This document shows positions 35,220-45,225 of a stretch of DNA of 64,000 nucleotides, piece after piece (the first letter of the stretch is position 1; the number at the start of each line of letters is the position of its first letter). This DNA is from a virus. A model generated the notes under the pieces. It was not told the DNA's origin, did no database searches, and was given only the letters and a program-made list of their open reading frames with translations. The position numbers and the translations under genes are program-made. Where the stretch lies: positions 1-64,000 of IMG/VR virus record IMGVR_UViG_3300012984_000568, one strand, 5' to 3'.

Positions 35220-38200
35220 TTCAAAACCAGGAGCGGTGAGGTGAACGGAGCATCGCCGAGATCGAACAGCGGAGAGCAGAACAGCAGCGACGCCACCGGC
35301 GCCCCGCTTGGGTCGAACGTCTTGGACGCGCCTGAGCGCTCGAGCGAGCGCACGCTGGTGCACGCCGTGAGCGCCGTGGTCGTGGTTGCTCCCGAGCTCG
35401 CCAGCGAACGAGTGACGCTTGGCGCCGAAATCGACCCTGAGAAATCCACCGACGCGCTCGACACTGCCATGCTGCGCGATGGGCTGCAGACGGTGCCTAG
35501 CGCAACCTGGGCGGCGCTTGAGCGTGCCAGCGAGCGGCTAGCGGAGGGGGAGCTCGTCGACAGCGTCGTGTCGACCGAAGCCCCCGAGCTCGCCAGGCTG
35601 CGGCTGCTCGAGCAGACAAGGGCAGCCGCGGCCACTGCGGCGCACGAGCTGCCGAGTCCGCGGGAAGCAGCGCAGACGGCGCCCACGGTGAGCACAGGAG
35701 CGCTCGAGCGGGCGAGAGAACGCGTCGTCGACGGGGCCGACGTCGAACCGGTGGTGTCGACCGAGGCCCCACTGGTCGCCAGGCTCCGCGTGCTTGAGCA
35801 AACCGTCCCCGTGTCGCTCACCGTCGCACCGGAGCGCGCGAGTGAGCGTGAGGCGGACGGCACCGAGACCGAGCCCGTTGAGTCGACGGATGCCCCAGAG
35901 CTGGCCTGGGACCGGACCGCCGAGCATGCCGCGAGGAGCAAGGCTGCGGCGGCCCCGCTCGAGCTCAGCGATCGGGACAGGCCCGGCGCGACCGTCGGTG
36001 ACTCCAGAGGGGCGCCCGACTTGGCGAGCGAGCGGATTGGCTGCCCCAGGGCGCTTGGGTTAGGGCTTACCGCGCCGCTATTGGCCGCGCTGCGCGTTGC
36101 CGCCGGCGCGTCGCCCGTCGTGTCAACCGCAGCTCCCGACGTCGCCAGCGAGCGCGTGGTGCTCGGAACCGAGGCCGTAGCCGTCGAGTCCACGGAAGCC
36201 CCCGAGTTCGCGAGGGAGCGACTCGGCTGCGCAGCGGCGCCGGCGGTGGTCTGAGTCGCCCCTGACGTTGCCTGCGAGCGCGCTGGGGTGGCAGCAATGA
36301 CGGCTGACGAGAGAGTCGCGCCAGAAACGCAGTCGCCCGGCCCACCAATCGAGATCGAAACCGCGGTGACGCTGGAAGCGCACGGGGAGAGCGGAGACCG
36401 AGATGGCGACGAAATATCGCTGGCGACGCATACCGCAGCGAACGCGCGGGCAGCGCTTCGGGTCGCGCTCGGCGCGCTCACTGAGCCGGTGCTATCGACA
36501 GACGCGCCAGATCGCGCCTGGGTGCGAGCAATAGCGGGAGCTGCGGTGACGTAGGTCTGCGTTGCCCCGGACCGGGCCTGCGACCGGCTCGTGGACGGAG
36601 CGCTCGCGCTCGTTCCAGTCGCGCGCATCCTGAGCACCACGCCAGGCCCGCGCGCGTTGGTAGTCGTACCGCCCGTCGTAGCCGTGAAGACCGGCGCCGC
36701 CGAACTCGTGCCGCTCAGCGCCTTCGCTGAAGCAATAAACCCGGCGATCTGATTGCCAGTCGCGGTGGTTGGTTCCGCCAGCTCCGTGACCGAGCTGTAG
36801 GTGATTCCCGTCGTGGTGACGGCTTCGGCTGAGTAGGTCGCTGCGTTCGACGCACCGTTAAATGCCAGCAGCACAACGTCGCCAGCAACTTCTCCAGGAT
36901 CACTTCCAGCCGTGATCGATACGTTGCCGGAGGTAGTGTCGCTTCCAGTTGCGCTCGCATAAGAGATCGTCGAACCAGCAATCGGACGCAGCAGAACGAA
37001 CGTTGCAGAGCAAACGTTGTTCGTCCCGACCGTGACAGATAGCGTCCCGCTCTCGCTTCCAGTTGCAGGGGTCGTCTTGCGATAGACGAACGTATTCGTG
37101 TTGCCCGTGCCCGAGCCGAGCGTTGTCGAGTAGCCGCCCGCGCCCGTGAGCGAGTCGATCAGTGTATAGCCGGTCGGTGTCGTAACCGTGCCGCTATTCG
37201 CTGTGCTCGGCTTCTGCGCGACAATCAGGATGATCTCATCGCCGGCCTGGATGGTCGGCAACGTCGAATAGCTAGGCGCGACGCTGGTACCGCCGCTCGT
37301 CGAATAGACGGGCGTGTTCGCGCCTAGGTTGCGCGTTCCGACGTAGACGAGCGCAGGCGAACTCGTGGTCGTTCCAGCATTCGTGCCGCCAGTCTCAGTG
37401 ACCGCGCACGTATAGCTTCCGAGATCGTCAGTGTACGCAAGCGCAGCAGTCGTGTAGCTCGAAGTAGTGCCACCGCTACCCGTGCTGACGTTGGTGCCGT
37501 TGATCTTCCACTGGTAGGAGAGAGTGCCGCCGCCAGATGCCGTCGCGGTGACCGAGAACGAAGCCGTCGCTCCGCTTGCAACCTGAGTCGACGCCGGCTG
37601 ACCTGTGATGTTCGGGCCGACGCTGCCGGGAATCAGCGCAATCGCAGTCGCTGACCACGCAGCGGCACTCGGCCCACCCGTCGAGATCGAGACCGAGCCA
37701 CCAGACGAAAAGCCATCGAGTGTCGCGACGTCGGGAAATGCGCTGCTTTTTACATAGCTCGAGTTTGTGCCGCAGCTGCCCGCTGTCTGAGTAGAGCCGT
37801 CGTTGGCGTTGACGAGCAGAACGCAAACATCGCCGGAGGTCGTGCCGGTTAGCGATACCGACGGTGCCGAGGCGGTGCCGGAACTCTGATTCTGGACGCG
37901 CAACCCGCTGCACGCAGGCAGCTCGACGATCGACATCGTGATGCCGTCGCCGCCTGAGATTGCCGCCGATGTGACAGTGTTGGCGCCAGCCGCAATGCCG
38001 AGCGCGTAGAAAATCCTAACCCACTTGAGGGTGCTTGGATCCTGAAAGGCGGTTGTCGCCGTGTACGAATTGCCGCGCGTGTCGCTGACCGATACGGGCG
38101 AATTGTCAGTTGACCACACGCATGCCGCGATCGTGTTGCCTGCGGTGTTGGCTGAACCGAATGCGACGGGGTTCGCTACCCCGCCGAAAACAACAGCGGA

Positions 38201-38227
38201 GGCCGATTGGATTGCGGGATCTGCCAT
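35216..38227 (-). CDS. Large Ser/Thr/Ala-rich virion fibre protein with Ig domain and ~21 C-terminal repeats
   Basis: Ig-like ITGQPASTQV..ASFSVTA..LSYQWK..GSYTCAVT; repeats RSxAxSGA every 20-23 aa. Confidence 0.7.
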   Translation of the reverse strand: MADPAIQSASAVVFGGVANPVAFGSANTAGNTIAACVWSTDNSPVSVSDTRGNSYTATTAFQDPSTLKWVRIFYALGIAAGANTVTSAAISGGDGITMSIVELPACSGLRVQNQSSGTASAPSVSLTGTTSGDVCVLLVNANDGSTQTAGSCGTNSSYVKSSAFPDVATLDGFSSGGSVSISTGGPSAAAWSATAIALIPGSVGPNITGQPASTQVASGATASFSVTATASGGGTLSYQWKINGTNVSTGSGGTTSSYTTAALAYTDDLGSYTCAVTETGGTNAGTTTSSPALVYVGTRNLGANTPVYSTSGGTSVAPSYSTLPTIQAGDEIILIVAQKPSTANSGTVTTPTGYTLIDSLTGAGGYSTTLGSGTGNTNTFVYRKTTPATGSESGTLSVTVGTNNVCSATFVLLRPIAGSTISYASATGSDTTSGNVSITAGSDPGEVAGDVVLLAFNGASNAATYSAEAVTTTGITYSSVTELAEPTTATGNQIAGFIASAKALSGTSSAAPVFTATTGGTTTNARGPGVVLRMRATGTSASAPSTSRSQARSGATQTYVTAAPAIARTQARSGASVDSTGSVSAPSATRSAARAFAAVCVASDISSPSRSPLSPCASSVTAVSISIGGPGDCVSGATLSSAVIAATPARSQATSGATQTTAGAAAQPSRSLANSGASVDSTATASVPSTTRSLATSGAAVDTTGDAPAATRSAANSGAVSPNPSALGQPIRSLAKSGAPLESPTVAPGLSRSLSSSGAAAALLLAACSAVRSQASSGASVDSTGSVSVPSASRSLARSGATVSDTGTVCSSTRSLATSGASVDTTGSTSAPSTTRSLARSSAPVLTVGAVCAASRGLGSSCAAVAAAALVCSSSRSLASSGASVDTTLSTSSPSASRSLARSSAAQVALGTVCSPSRSMAVSSASVDFSGSISAPSVTRSLASSGATTTTALTACTSVRSLERSGASKTFDPSGAPVASLLFCSPLFDLGDAPFTSPLLVLK

Positions 38228-38230
38228 TGC

Positions 38231-39406
38231 TCAAAACAATCGCTTGCGGAACAGCCCAGCGGTCCAACCAGACCAATAAAGAATCCCGTCCTGGCTGATC
38301 ATGTTTACGGGGCCGTCGCCCGTGGAGAGATCCGTCAGTTCAGTCCAGCTCGTCGGATTTGAGACCGGCGCCCGCCAAAGCTGATCCATGTAGTCGAACG
38401 ATCGCCAGGTGCGCCCCGTGTAGATGTAGCCATCTCCGCCATTGCACACGCCGGTGTAGATGCCACTCGGCAAAGCCGACAACGCCGCCCACGTAAGCCC
38501 ATTGTCGCTCGAGATGATCGGTTGCCCGCCTGCGCCCGCAATCAACCGACCATCGGGCAGGTACATAATGTGCTGGCCGACGTGAACCGCACTGAAAGCG
38601 CTGGTCACTTGCGTCCACGAGCTGCCGGCATTGGTCGTCCGCCAAATCCCGCTCCCGTCAGTGCCGACGAGCCACGTGTTTGCGTTGCCCTGTCCTGTTG
38701 CTGGATCGTAGAGAAACGCAGGGGGCTGCGTTCCGCCAGGCCATCCAGCGGGTGGGTTGTGGGCGGTCCACGTGCTCCCACCGTCAGTCGTCTCTAGGAT
38801 CCCGCTCGTAGAGAACCCTGTCCAGGGTGAATGTCCTCCGACAATCACATGATTGAAGTCAGTCGGATCGACAGAAAACGACGTGACGTCCTGAGAGCCA
38901 ACCGTGCTCGAAATAGACACGTAGCCCGCTGGCTTAAACCAGTTCGCGCCGCCGTCAGTTGTTTTCCAGAACCCAAAAACATCCGCAGTTTCACTGCGGA
39001 CACCGACAGTCAGATAGCCGAGCAGCGGATTCGTTGGGTGCCACCGGAGCTGATTCGGTGAATCGAAATACGTTGTGTTGTTGGTACCATTGACCGGCGA
39101 GATCTGTCCGCCCGTCCACGTGGCTCCGTAGTCGGTAGATTTCCAGAGCCCTTTTTGGTCTACGCAACACCAGATCTCACCCGCGCGAGAAGGGTTCGCT
39201 ACGACCCACACGACGCCATACGTAGCGGGGCTGGGCGGCACCATCGACCCGACGGGTGGGGTGATGTTGTTCCAAACATTGAGCGGCAATCCGGGCAAGC
39301 TCGAAACGCTTGCGCCGCTTCTTGCCTGCGAGCGCGAAGCGCTGGGCGCGGTCGACAGCACGCATACAGCGGCCGCCGCGCGCCCTATCCCTCGTTGTAC
39401 CGGCAC
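38231..39406 (-). CDS. BNR/Asp-box beta-propeller protein (virion-associated)
   Basis: KSTDYGATW, KTTDGGANW, ETTDGGSTW, RTTNAGSSW, SSDNGLTW. Confidence 0.8.
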   Translation of the reverse strand: MPVQRGIGRAAAAVCVLSTAPSASRSQARSGASVSSLPGLPLNVWNNITPPVGSMVPPSPATYGVVWVVANPSRAGEIWCCVDQKGLWKSTDYGATWTGGQISPVNGTNNTTYFDSPNQLRWHPTNPLLGYLTVGVRSETADVFGFWKTTDGGANWFKPAGYVSISSTVGSQDVTSFSVDPTDFNHVIVGGHSPWTGFSTSGILETTDGGSTWTAHNPPAGWPGGTQPPAFLYDPATGQGNANTWLVGTDGSGIWRTTNAGSSWTQVTSAFSAVHVGQHIMYLPDGRLIAGAGGQPIISSDNGLTWAALSALPSGIYTGVCNGGDGYIYTGRTWRSFDYMDQLWRAPVSNPTSWTELTDLSTGDGPVNMISQDGILYWSGWTAGLFRKRLF

Positions 39407-39412
39407 AAAGCC

Positions 39413-40282
39413 TCAGATCGTACCGATGCCCGCCGAAATATCGTGATTGAACGTGCCGGACGAAGCCGTGATTGGCAGGCCGCTATTCGTGGTCTGCGCG
39501 TCGCCGTGGTGCCCCGCCACGATGCCCGCCGAGAGGGCGTTGACCGAGATGCTGCGTGCGCCAAGCGCTGCCAAGGCGCTCAATGTCACAGTGACGCCGT
39601 TGGTCATCTGAATCACCGTTCCGGAAGGCAGCGGGCCCTCGAGTGGTTCGACCCACAACGTGGTGTCGCTCGTGCTCGCATCCTTCACGCAGCGGACCAA
39701 GGTGCGGCCGTCGCAGAAGTGGACCAGGCGCGAGGACGCTGCGGTGTTGCTGATGTTGTCGACCAACACCATGCCGTGCACGGTATCGTTCAACGTGATG
39801 CCAGTAACGTTTGCCGCGCCAATCGTGCCGTTTACGTTCGTCTTGCTCGAGAGCAATGCCGCAGAGGCGAAAGCGGGAGCTCCCGTGCACAGCGCGCCGT
39901 CGACCTTGTCGTAGGTATCGGCGGCGGTGAGGTTGATCGCGCAACCACCGCTCGAATACGTGCCTGTGCCAACGACGTTTTGGCCGTCGAGCGTGGTCAG
40001 CTGGTAGGTGTTCGTGGTGACGCCGGCGACCTTGAAAGTACCGTTGGCGTTCAGCATGCCAGCGACCCCGCGCTGCACGATGATGTCACCATTCGAAAAG
40101 CCGTGAGAGTTGCTGGTGACGACAGCGGGCGTAGCAGTCGTGATGCCGGTGATCGCTTTGATGCACGTGTCCGTCAGCGTGCCGTCGAGCTTGAGCGGCA
40201 TGAAACAGAAGTTGTGTGCATCCCAGTCGATGTCCGCAGCAACGAATCCCTGGCGGCCCTTATCGAAGAATCGGTTAGACAT
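39413..40282 (-). CDS. Virion structural protein with inserted FCCH-like beta domain
   Basis: FVAADIDWDAHNF..., ITGITTATPAVVTSNSHGFSNGD, C-terminal GLPITASSGTFNHDISAGIGTI. Confidence 0.65.
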   Translation of the reverse strand: MSNRFFDKGRQGFVAADIDWDAHNFCFMPLKLDGTLTDTCIKAITGITTATPAVVTSNSHGFSNGDIIVQRGVAGMLNANGTFKVAGVTTNTYQLTTLDGQNVVGTGTYSSGGCAINLTAADTYDKVDGALCTGAPAFASAALLSSKTNVNGTIGAANVTGITLNDTVHGMVLVDNISNTAASSRLVHFCDGRTLVRCVKDASTSDTTLWVEPLEGPLPSGTVIQMTNGVTVTLSALAALGARSISVNALSAGIVAGHHGDAQTTNSGLPITASSGTFNHDISAGIGTI

Positions 40283-40377
40283 TCGTTTCCCTTGGTTGGT
40301 CGTGCGCCGAGCAGGGCTCGGCCTCTGCAGCGCGTGGGCTGCGGTGGATGTTGTGAGTCGACTGCGCTAAGTCCGGC

Positions 40378-41754
40378 TCAATTGGGGAGCGCGAAGACGT
40401 ACGTCGGAGGCACGGTTGCTTGGTACAACCGAGAGACCGTGAGATTGGTGCCGTTGGCGCCCAAGAGCTCTGCTTGCAGCTCGGTCACCAGCACCGGGTC
40501 CCAAAGCAGATATCCGCCCTCGGCCAGATGGGTGCCGTCGACAGACAGGGAGCGGTTTGCCATGTCGGCCTGCGTTAGAACCTGGCCAACGTTCGCCATG
40601 CGGTGCGCGAATGTTGGCCACGTCGACAACAGGTCCGCGTTGATGATCTGTCGCGCGGCTTCGAAATTTGCGTCGCCTTGGACAGCTGACAACGTGCAGG
40701 CGATCACGCGGAAGCCATCCGCCATGCCGCGGCTGCACACCGACTTGTATGCAGGGAGGACGAGCGCGGCGACTTGACTTGGCGTAAGCGTGCCCAGCCC
40801 GGCGGACACGTCGTTGATCGAGATGCCCTGGCAGACGAGAATGTTTTTCGCTCTCGATGCCGAGTAGCGAGGGAGAGCATCGGTCAGATAGAACGCGGGG
40901 ATTTGCGCCGGATTCGTCGTACCCGTACCCGCCGCCGCAACGTTGATCGCGCGAGGGGGATTAGCCAGTCCATTCAAGGACGATTGCCACGCCGGGCGCC
41001 AAGCCGCGCCAACGGAATCTCCCAGGATGATAATCAGCGGCGCGGACGTCGGAGGGTTGCCGACGGGCTTGCTCACCAAATACGCTTGGAGATCGCCTTG
41101 GTCGGTCGACGACAGCGCCTGATAGAAAACCGCGTACTGACTTACTGCTAGGTGGGAGTTCGCGTATCCGGTCCAACGCCCCAGCTGGAAGTTGGTCAGC
41201 GTTCCGGCGGTGGGCGCCGTCGCGATCACCTTCGTCGACGTGACGCCGTTGATCGTGAGTCTGATCTCAAACTGAGTCGGGCTGCATGTCAGAAGTAGGT
41301 TGCACTCGGTGACGTTGTGACCCGGCTGAATACCAGTCAGCCCGGGTATGACTGCGGTGTACGCGGGCGATTGGAGAACAAAGCTCCCACCCTGCATATA
41401 CATCGCAAGATCGGTCCCGGCGCTGTGCGTAGCATACAGCAACGGCATGGTCTGCTGCCCGCCGCGTGACTGCCATGCGAGGCCGATCGTGCAGTTGTTC
41501 GCCGGCACCGGACTCGCCGGCGCAGGGAACACCATGTAATTCGGATCGCCCGAGTGAAAGTCGAGCGCGGCCGTTTCGCGCCAAGGCCTAGCGCTCCCAC
41601 TGGCCGTGATGTTTCCGGACAGCGGCGCAGGCTGCGCGATCTGCTGAACGCGACCGTATGGCGTCGCGGCGATCGTCGAGCCCGCGTCTGAGTAGGCGGT
41701 CTGAGATCCGTCGAACCAGAGCGCCAAGTTCGGCAGGGTTGCCGGCGTGCTCAT
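40378..41754 (-). CDS. LamG-like lectin plus SGNH/GDSL esterase domain protein
   Basis: LALWFDG...ALSSTDQGDLQAYL; IIILGDSV, NVAAAGTG, SIND, DGTHL. Confidence 0.8.
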   Translation of the reverse strand: MSTPATLPNLALWFDGSQTAYSDAGSTIAATPYGRVQQIAQPAPLSGNITASGSARPWRETAALDFHSGDPNYMVFPAPASPVPANNCTIGLAWQSRGGQQTMPLLYATHSAGTDLAMYMQGGSFVLQSPAYTAVIPGLTGIQPGHNVTECNLLLTCSPTQFEIRLTINGVTSTKVIATAPTAGTLTNFQLGRWTGYANSHLAVSQYAVFYQALSSTDQGDLQAYLVSKPVGNPPTSAPLIIILGDSVGAAWRPAWQSSLNGLANPPRAINVAAAGTGTTNPAQIPAFYLTDALPRYSASRAKNILVCQGISINDVSAGLGTLTPSQVAALVLPAYKSVCSRGMADGFRVIACTLSAVQGDANFEAARQIINADLLSTWPTFAHRMANVGQVLTQADMANRSLSVDGTHLAEGGYLLWDPVLVTELQAELLGANGTNLTVSRLYQATVPPTYVFALPN

Positions 41755-42779
41755 ACAGCAACCGATCCGCCGTACTTCGCGGTGACCGCCGCGCGCACTG
41801 CCGACCAGTCGGGAAGATTCGGAGTGTAAACGAGCACCAAGAGCTCTGCGTTCGCGGGTACCCCAGCTCCGGGGGAGTGGAATACTCGAACGTTCGAAAC
41901 TGCGTCGTTACCTGCGTTGCCCGTAGCCGAAACGGCGCCGATCTTGGTTGTGTCGCTCGCATTATTCGAGCGTTTGATCTCCAGGATGTTCCAGTTAAGC
42001 GGATTGATAGTTACGCTGACGCCCGCGACGTTGGCGTTCTTATGGTAAAACCCTGTCGACGGCGTAGCGCTGAGACAGCCGACGCGATTGCCATACGCGG
42101 CGTCGCCGTTACCAAGCAGGCACGCATCCGCCGCCGTTGCCAAGTAGCGGAATACAGCAAATACGTAATACGGCGTGGTTCCCGGCGCGGGCAGCGTGAG
42201 GCCGGAAATGGAAAGCACGTCGTCAGAGCCGTCTGCAACGAGACTGTTGCAGCCTCCAAGACTTGCTGTGATAGCGGCGCGCGCAGTGCCTGAGGCAGTG
42301 CCGTTCTTGCCGTTGCCGCTACGATCAGTAACGGTCAACGTGGTCCCGTTGTCGGTCGTACCGACGTTCGGCTCCAAGATCGCCCAGGCGCCTGGGAAGT
42401 AGGTTGTCCAGTCGACAGAGGCAGCCGAAACCGTCACGTTCACCGCGGGAGAGTCGCCGGTTCCGCCAGCGGATGCCGTAGCGGTCGCGGTCAGAGAAGC
42501 AGCGCCTGTGCTCGAAGGCGTCCAGCTGTACGTCCACGACGTGCCGGATCCAGTCATCGATCCCACAGTCGAGCCGTTCACTTTGAAGGCGACGCCGCTC
42601 GCACTGACGCTCGTGGTTACATTGACCGTTACCGGCGTACCCTGCGTCACGGTCGCACCCGCGGTAGGCGAGGTGATCGCGCAGGTGATGCCACCGATGT
42701 CGTCAGCGGTTGTCGAGTTCTTCAGAGAAAATAGGTACTGCGACCCACCGAGAGCTTTCTCGATCGTCAATGCGCGCAT
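41751..42779 (-). CDS. Ig-like plus LamG-like adhesin protein
   Basis: ITSPTAGATV...VAFKVNG...WTYSWTP...LTATAT; DRSGNGKN. Confidence 0.7.
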   Translation of the reverse strand: MRALTIEKALGGSQYLFSLKNSTTADDIGGITCAITSPTAGATVTQGTPVTVNVTTSVSASGVAFKVNGSTVGSMTGSGTSWTYSWTPSSTGAASLTATATASAGGTGDSPAVNVTVSAASVDWTTYFPGAWAILEPNVGTTDNGTTLTVTDRSGNGKNGTASGTARAAITASLGGCNSLVADGSDDVLSISGLTLPAPGTTPYYVFAVFRYLATAADACLLGNGDAAYGNRVGCLSATPSTGFYHKNANVAGVSVTINPLNWNILEIKRSNNASDTTKIGAVSATGNAGNDAVSNVRVFHSPGAGVPANAELLVLVYTPNLPDWSAVRAAVTAKYGGSVAV

Positions 42780-42814
42780 GCGTTCAACCTTTCAAACGAG
42801 ATTGCGAGTCGCGG

Positions 42815-43585
42815 TCAGAGCAATCGCCAGGTCAGCTCGACGTCCCACGTGTAGGTGGTCGAAGCTTTTCCGGTGACCGTCATCACGACGCTGTTGCCGA
42901 CGACGGCGAGAGCCGGTGTGCCGCACGCAGCGTCGTCCTTCTGAATTGCGAAGACGTTGTTCACCGAGCCCCAGATGGTCGGCGCAGCTGAGGCAATGCG
43001 GCGATAGACGGCGCGCTGCTCGAGAAACACCATGTTCCCGGCAGCGTCCACACCCTTCCAGCGCGCGAACAGTGAAACGAGGTTGTTTGCTGCTAGCGGT
43101 ATACTGAGCGTGTTCGCCGTGGTCGCGTTGGCTGTCGTGTAGCGACCGACGGTGCGCGTCTCGACCTTACGCAACGTGGTAGCGTCGTGCAGCTGCAGCT
43201 CGTACGAGGTTCCGCCGCCATTGGCGTCCTGAATGAAGCGGAGGATGCCAACGTCGTCGAAGCTCGGCGGGTTGATGCCAGTTGAGCGCGCAACGAACTC
43301 GGCAATTGCATCGCCGTTCTGCGTTTCGTCGGGCGAACCGGAGACAACGCGGCTCTTTTTCGCGATGAAGCGAGCGGGCACCGCATCGCTGCTGAACTGA
43401 TACGACACCCAGCCGCGCTCGGCTGAGCTACCAGTGCTCAGCGCCGCATCTCCGGGGAATACGACGGAATCGGCCGTGTCGCGCATCACGCTGCCGACTC
43501 GGTTCGCCGTGTTCGCGTTCGCCGCGGTTTCGGTTTTGACGACGTCGGCAGAGGCCTGAAGCGTTGCTCGAGAGACAGCGGTCAT
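42815..43585 (-). CDS. Tail-associated protein
   Basis: VKTETAANANTANRVG N-terminal motif; beta-rich C-terminus; position. Confidence 0.55.
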   Translation of the reverse strand: MTAVSRATLQASADVVKTETAANANTANRVGSVMRDTADSVVFPGDAALSTGSSAERGWVSYQFSSDAVPARFIAKKSRVVSGSPDETQNGDAIAEFVARSTGINPPSFDDVGILRFIQDANGGGTSYELQLHDATTLRKVETRTVGRYTTANATTANTLSIPLAANNLVSLFARWKGVDAAGNMVFLEQRAVYRRIASAAPTIWGSVNNVFAIQKDDAACGTPALAVVGNSVVMTVTGKASTTYTWDVELTWRLL

Positions 43586-43594
43586 CGGGATTCC

Positions 43595-44371
43595 TCAGAC
43601 AAACGAGTCATCGAAAGTCACATCGAAAATGTCGGTGTAATCGACGAGCAGGACCGGCCACAGGTGGGTCGGGCGTAGCTTCAGCACCAGGCGCTCGAAC
43701 TCTTCGCGGCGCGTGTTCAGCACGTCAGCGTGGTTGGGAAACGTCGATGCGCCGATGTAGAAGAAGTACGGCCAAGTCGTTGGATCGTCGGGGACTGGCG
43801 GTGGCGCGCGGCGCGTCAGGTCTTTGTTGACCAGATAGTGAGTGTCGTTCGCCAGGAACGTGTTGCACTGGGGTTGCGTGGCATTGGGTAGCCCATATGC
43901 GGTGCACTGCGGTTGCACCGAGAGCAGCGAGTTGGGCGTGCACTGCACCGTGCCAATGCGCGGGCGCTGCGTGTAAGCTCGAGGGTCGCGGGCGACGTAG
44001 GGCGGACCAGAGCTCCACCAGTCGTGCACGTACACGTCGAAGCCCGCCGCGCGGAGGACACCTTGGATGTAGCTCGGTGATTGCCCACCGGTTGAGCGCC
44101 ACTCCGCAGCAAGCGCCAGCCGTCGCAACGCGACGTCGGCGGTCGCGGCTGGGACGAGCCCAAACTCCCGTTCCCACTCCTCAAGAGCCCCTGGCGTGCG
44201 GGCGGTGGCCGGGAATTGGTCCGACCAGATATCGTCGACGAATTGCCGGAGCGCGTCAGGGGTGCCGGTCAGCCCCTCGAACAGCTTTCGCAGCGTCTTG
44301 TTGCCGGTGAGCGCCCACGTCGGGCTGCGCGGCAAAAGGTGCTGGAGGGTGGCGAGAAACCGGGATGGCAT
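43595..44371 (-). CDS. Baseplate wedge / tail protein (Mu gp48-like)
   Basis: LQHLLPR..W..FPATA..LEEWEREFGL..TGGQSPSYIQ..LKLRPTH. Confidence 0.75.
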   Translation of the reverse strand: MPSRFLATLQHLLPRSPTWALTGNKTLRKLFEGLTGTPDALRQFVDDIWSDQFPATARTPGALEEWEREFGLVPAATADVALRRLALAAEWRSTGGQSPSYIQGVLRAAGFDVYVHDWWSSGPPYVARDPRAYTQRPRIGTVQCTPNSLLSVQPQCTAYGLPNATQPQCNTFLANDTHYLVNKDLTRRAPPPVPDDPTTWPYFFYIGASTFPNHADVLNTRREEFERLVLKLRPTHLWPVLLVDYTDIFDVTFDDSFV

Positions 44372-44439
44372 GAGGCGGCAGACACACGGTGGTCGGGCGA
44401 GCAGTTGCGCGAGCTTGCGGGCCGACTTAGCGTTGCTGG

Positions 44440-45225
44440 ATGTTCAGAGGGCTGTGCGCGTTGGGGCTGGTGGCGCTTGGATGCGGTGGGACAGCGGCTG
44501 AACCGCCTGAGCACGGGTTGCTGGCGGCACAGGCAGGGTCACCAAGCGATGCGCGCGGTGGCTCTGGGTCGGGGAGCATTGGCGGCTCTGCGCCGACTGC
44601 GCAGGGCGGAAGAGGCGGCAGCACGGCGCCCAAGGGCGGCGCCGGCGGTAGGTTGAGCATCGAAGACCGAGGCGGTGAGTCGAGTGGCGGCAGCGCCGGA
44701 CGAGCGAGCAGCGGTGGTCAGGGCGGAGACCCGGTCGAAGCAGGCGGTTCCGCGCCGGCGGTGGCAGGCTCGTCTAGCGGTGGTCAGGCAATCGTCGACA
44801 GCGGCGGATCGGCGTGGGGCGGCAGCTCTGCTGGTGGCTCGTGGGCTGGCAACGGCGGTGCCGCCAGCACCGGCGGCGGCGGGGCGGGTGGCTCCGTCGA
44901 TAGCGGATCGGGAGGTGCGAGTGCGGGTTCAGGCGGTAGCGCACCGTGCGTTTGCTCGAGCGGCGAGTGTTGCGATGGGTGCCAGTTCCGACCCTATTCC
45001 TATTTCCTGGGGGAGTTCCCGTCTACCACTCGCTGCTCCTCGGCGACTTGGCTCGAGACAGGATACCGAAACAAGTTCTGCACCGGTGCGTCAGCTACCG
45101 ACGTTCGCTGGAGTCCAACGCCTTGGTTCGTAGATAAGAATTGTGACGATGGTACCAGTACCGGCATGGTCTGCGCCGCAGTCGGCACCGGAAGCCTTGC
45201 CGCTCAATGCGTGCCGAAACCTTAA
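44440..45225 (+). CDS. Gly-rich lipoprotein with Cys-rich C-terminal domain, opposite strand to the tail operon (moron)
   Basis: MFRGLCALGLVALGC lipobox, GGS/GGA linker, CVCSSGECCDGCQF. Confidence 0.7.
   Translation: MFRGLCALGLVALGCGGTAAEPPEHGLLAAQAGSPSDARGGSGSGSIGGSAPTAQGGRGGSTAPKGGAGGRLSIEDRGGESSGGSAGRASSGGQGGDPVEAGGSAPAVAGSSSGGQAIVDSGGSAWGGSSAGGSWAGNGGAASTGGGGAGGSVDSGSGGASAGSGGSAPCVCSSGECCDGCQFRPYSYFLGEFPSTTRCSSATWLETGYRNKFCTGASATDVRWSPTPWFVDKNCDDGTSTGMVCAAVGTGSLAAQCVPKP

Noticed and set aside
35241-36600. CRISPR array or DGR repeat
   Set aside because: The repeats are degenerate at DNA level and conserved as protein; no cas or reverse transcriptase gene is in the window
39155-40777. 540 aa plus-strand ORF (also 33039-34166, 35241-36254, 55711-56898)
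   Set aside because: Antisense shadows of well-supported minus-strand genes, typical of high-GC DNA
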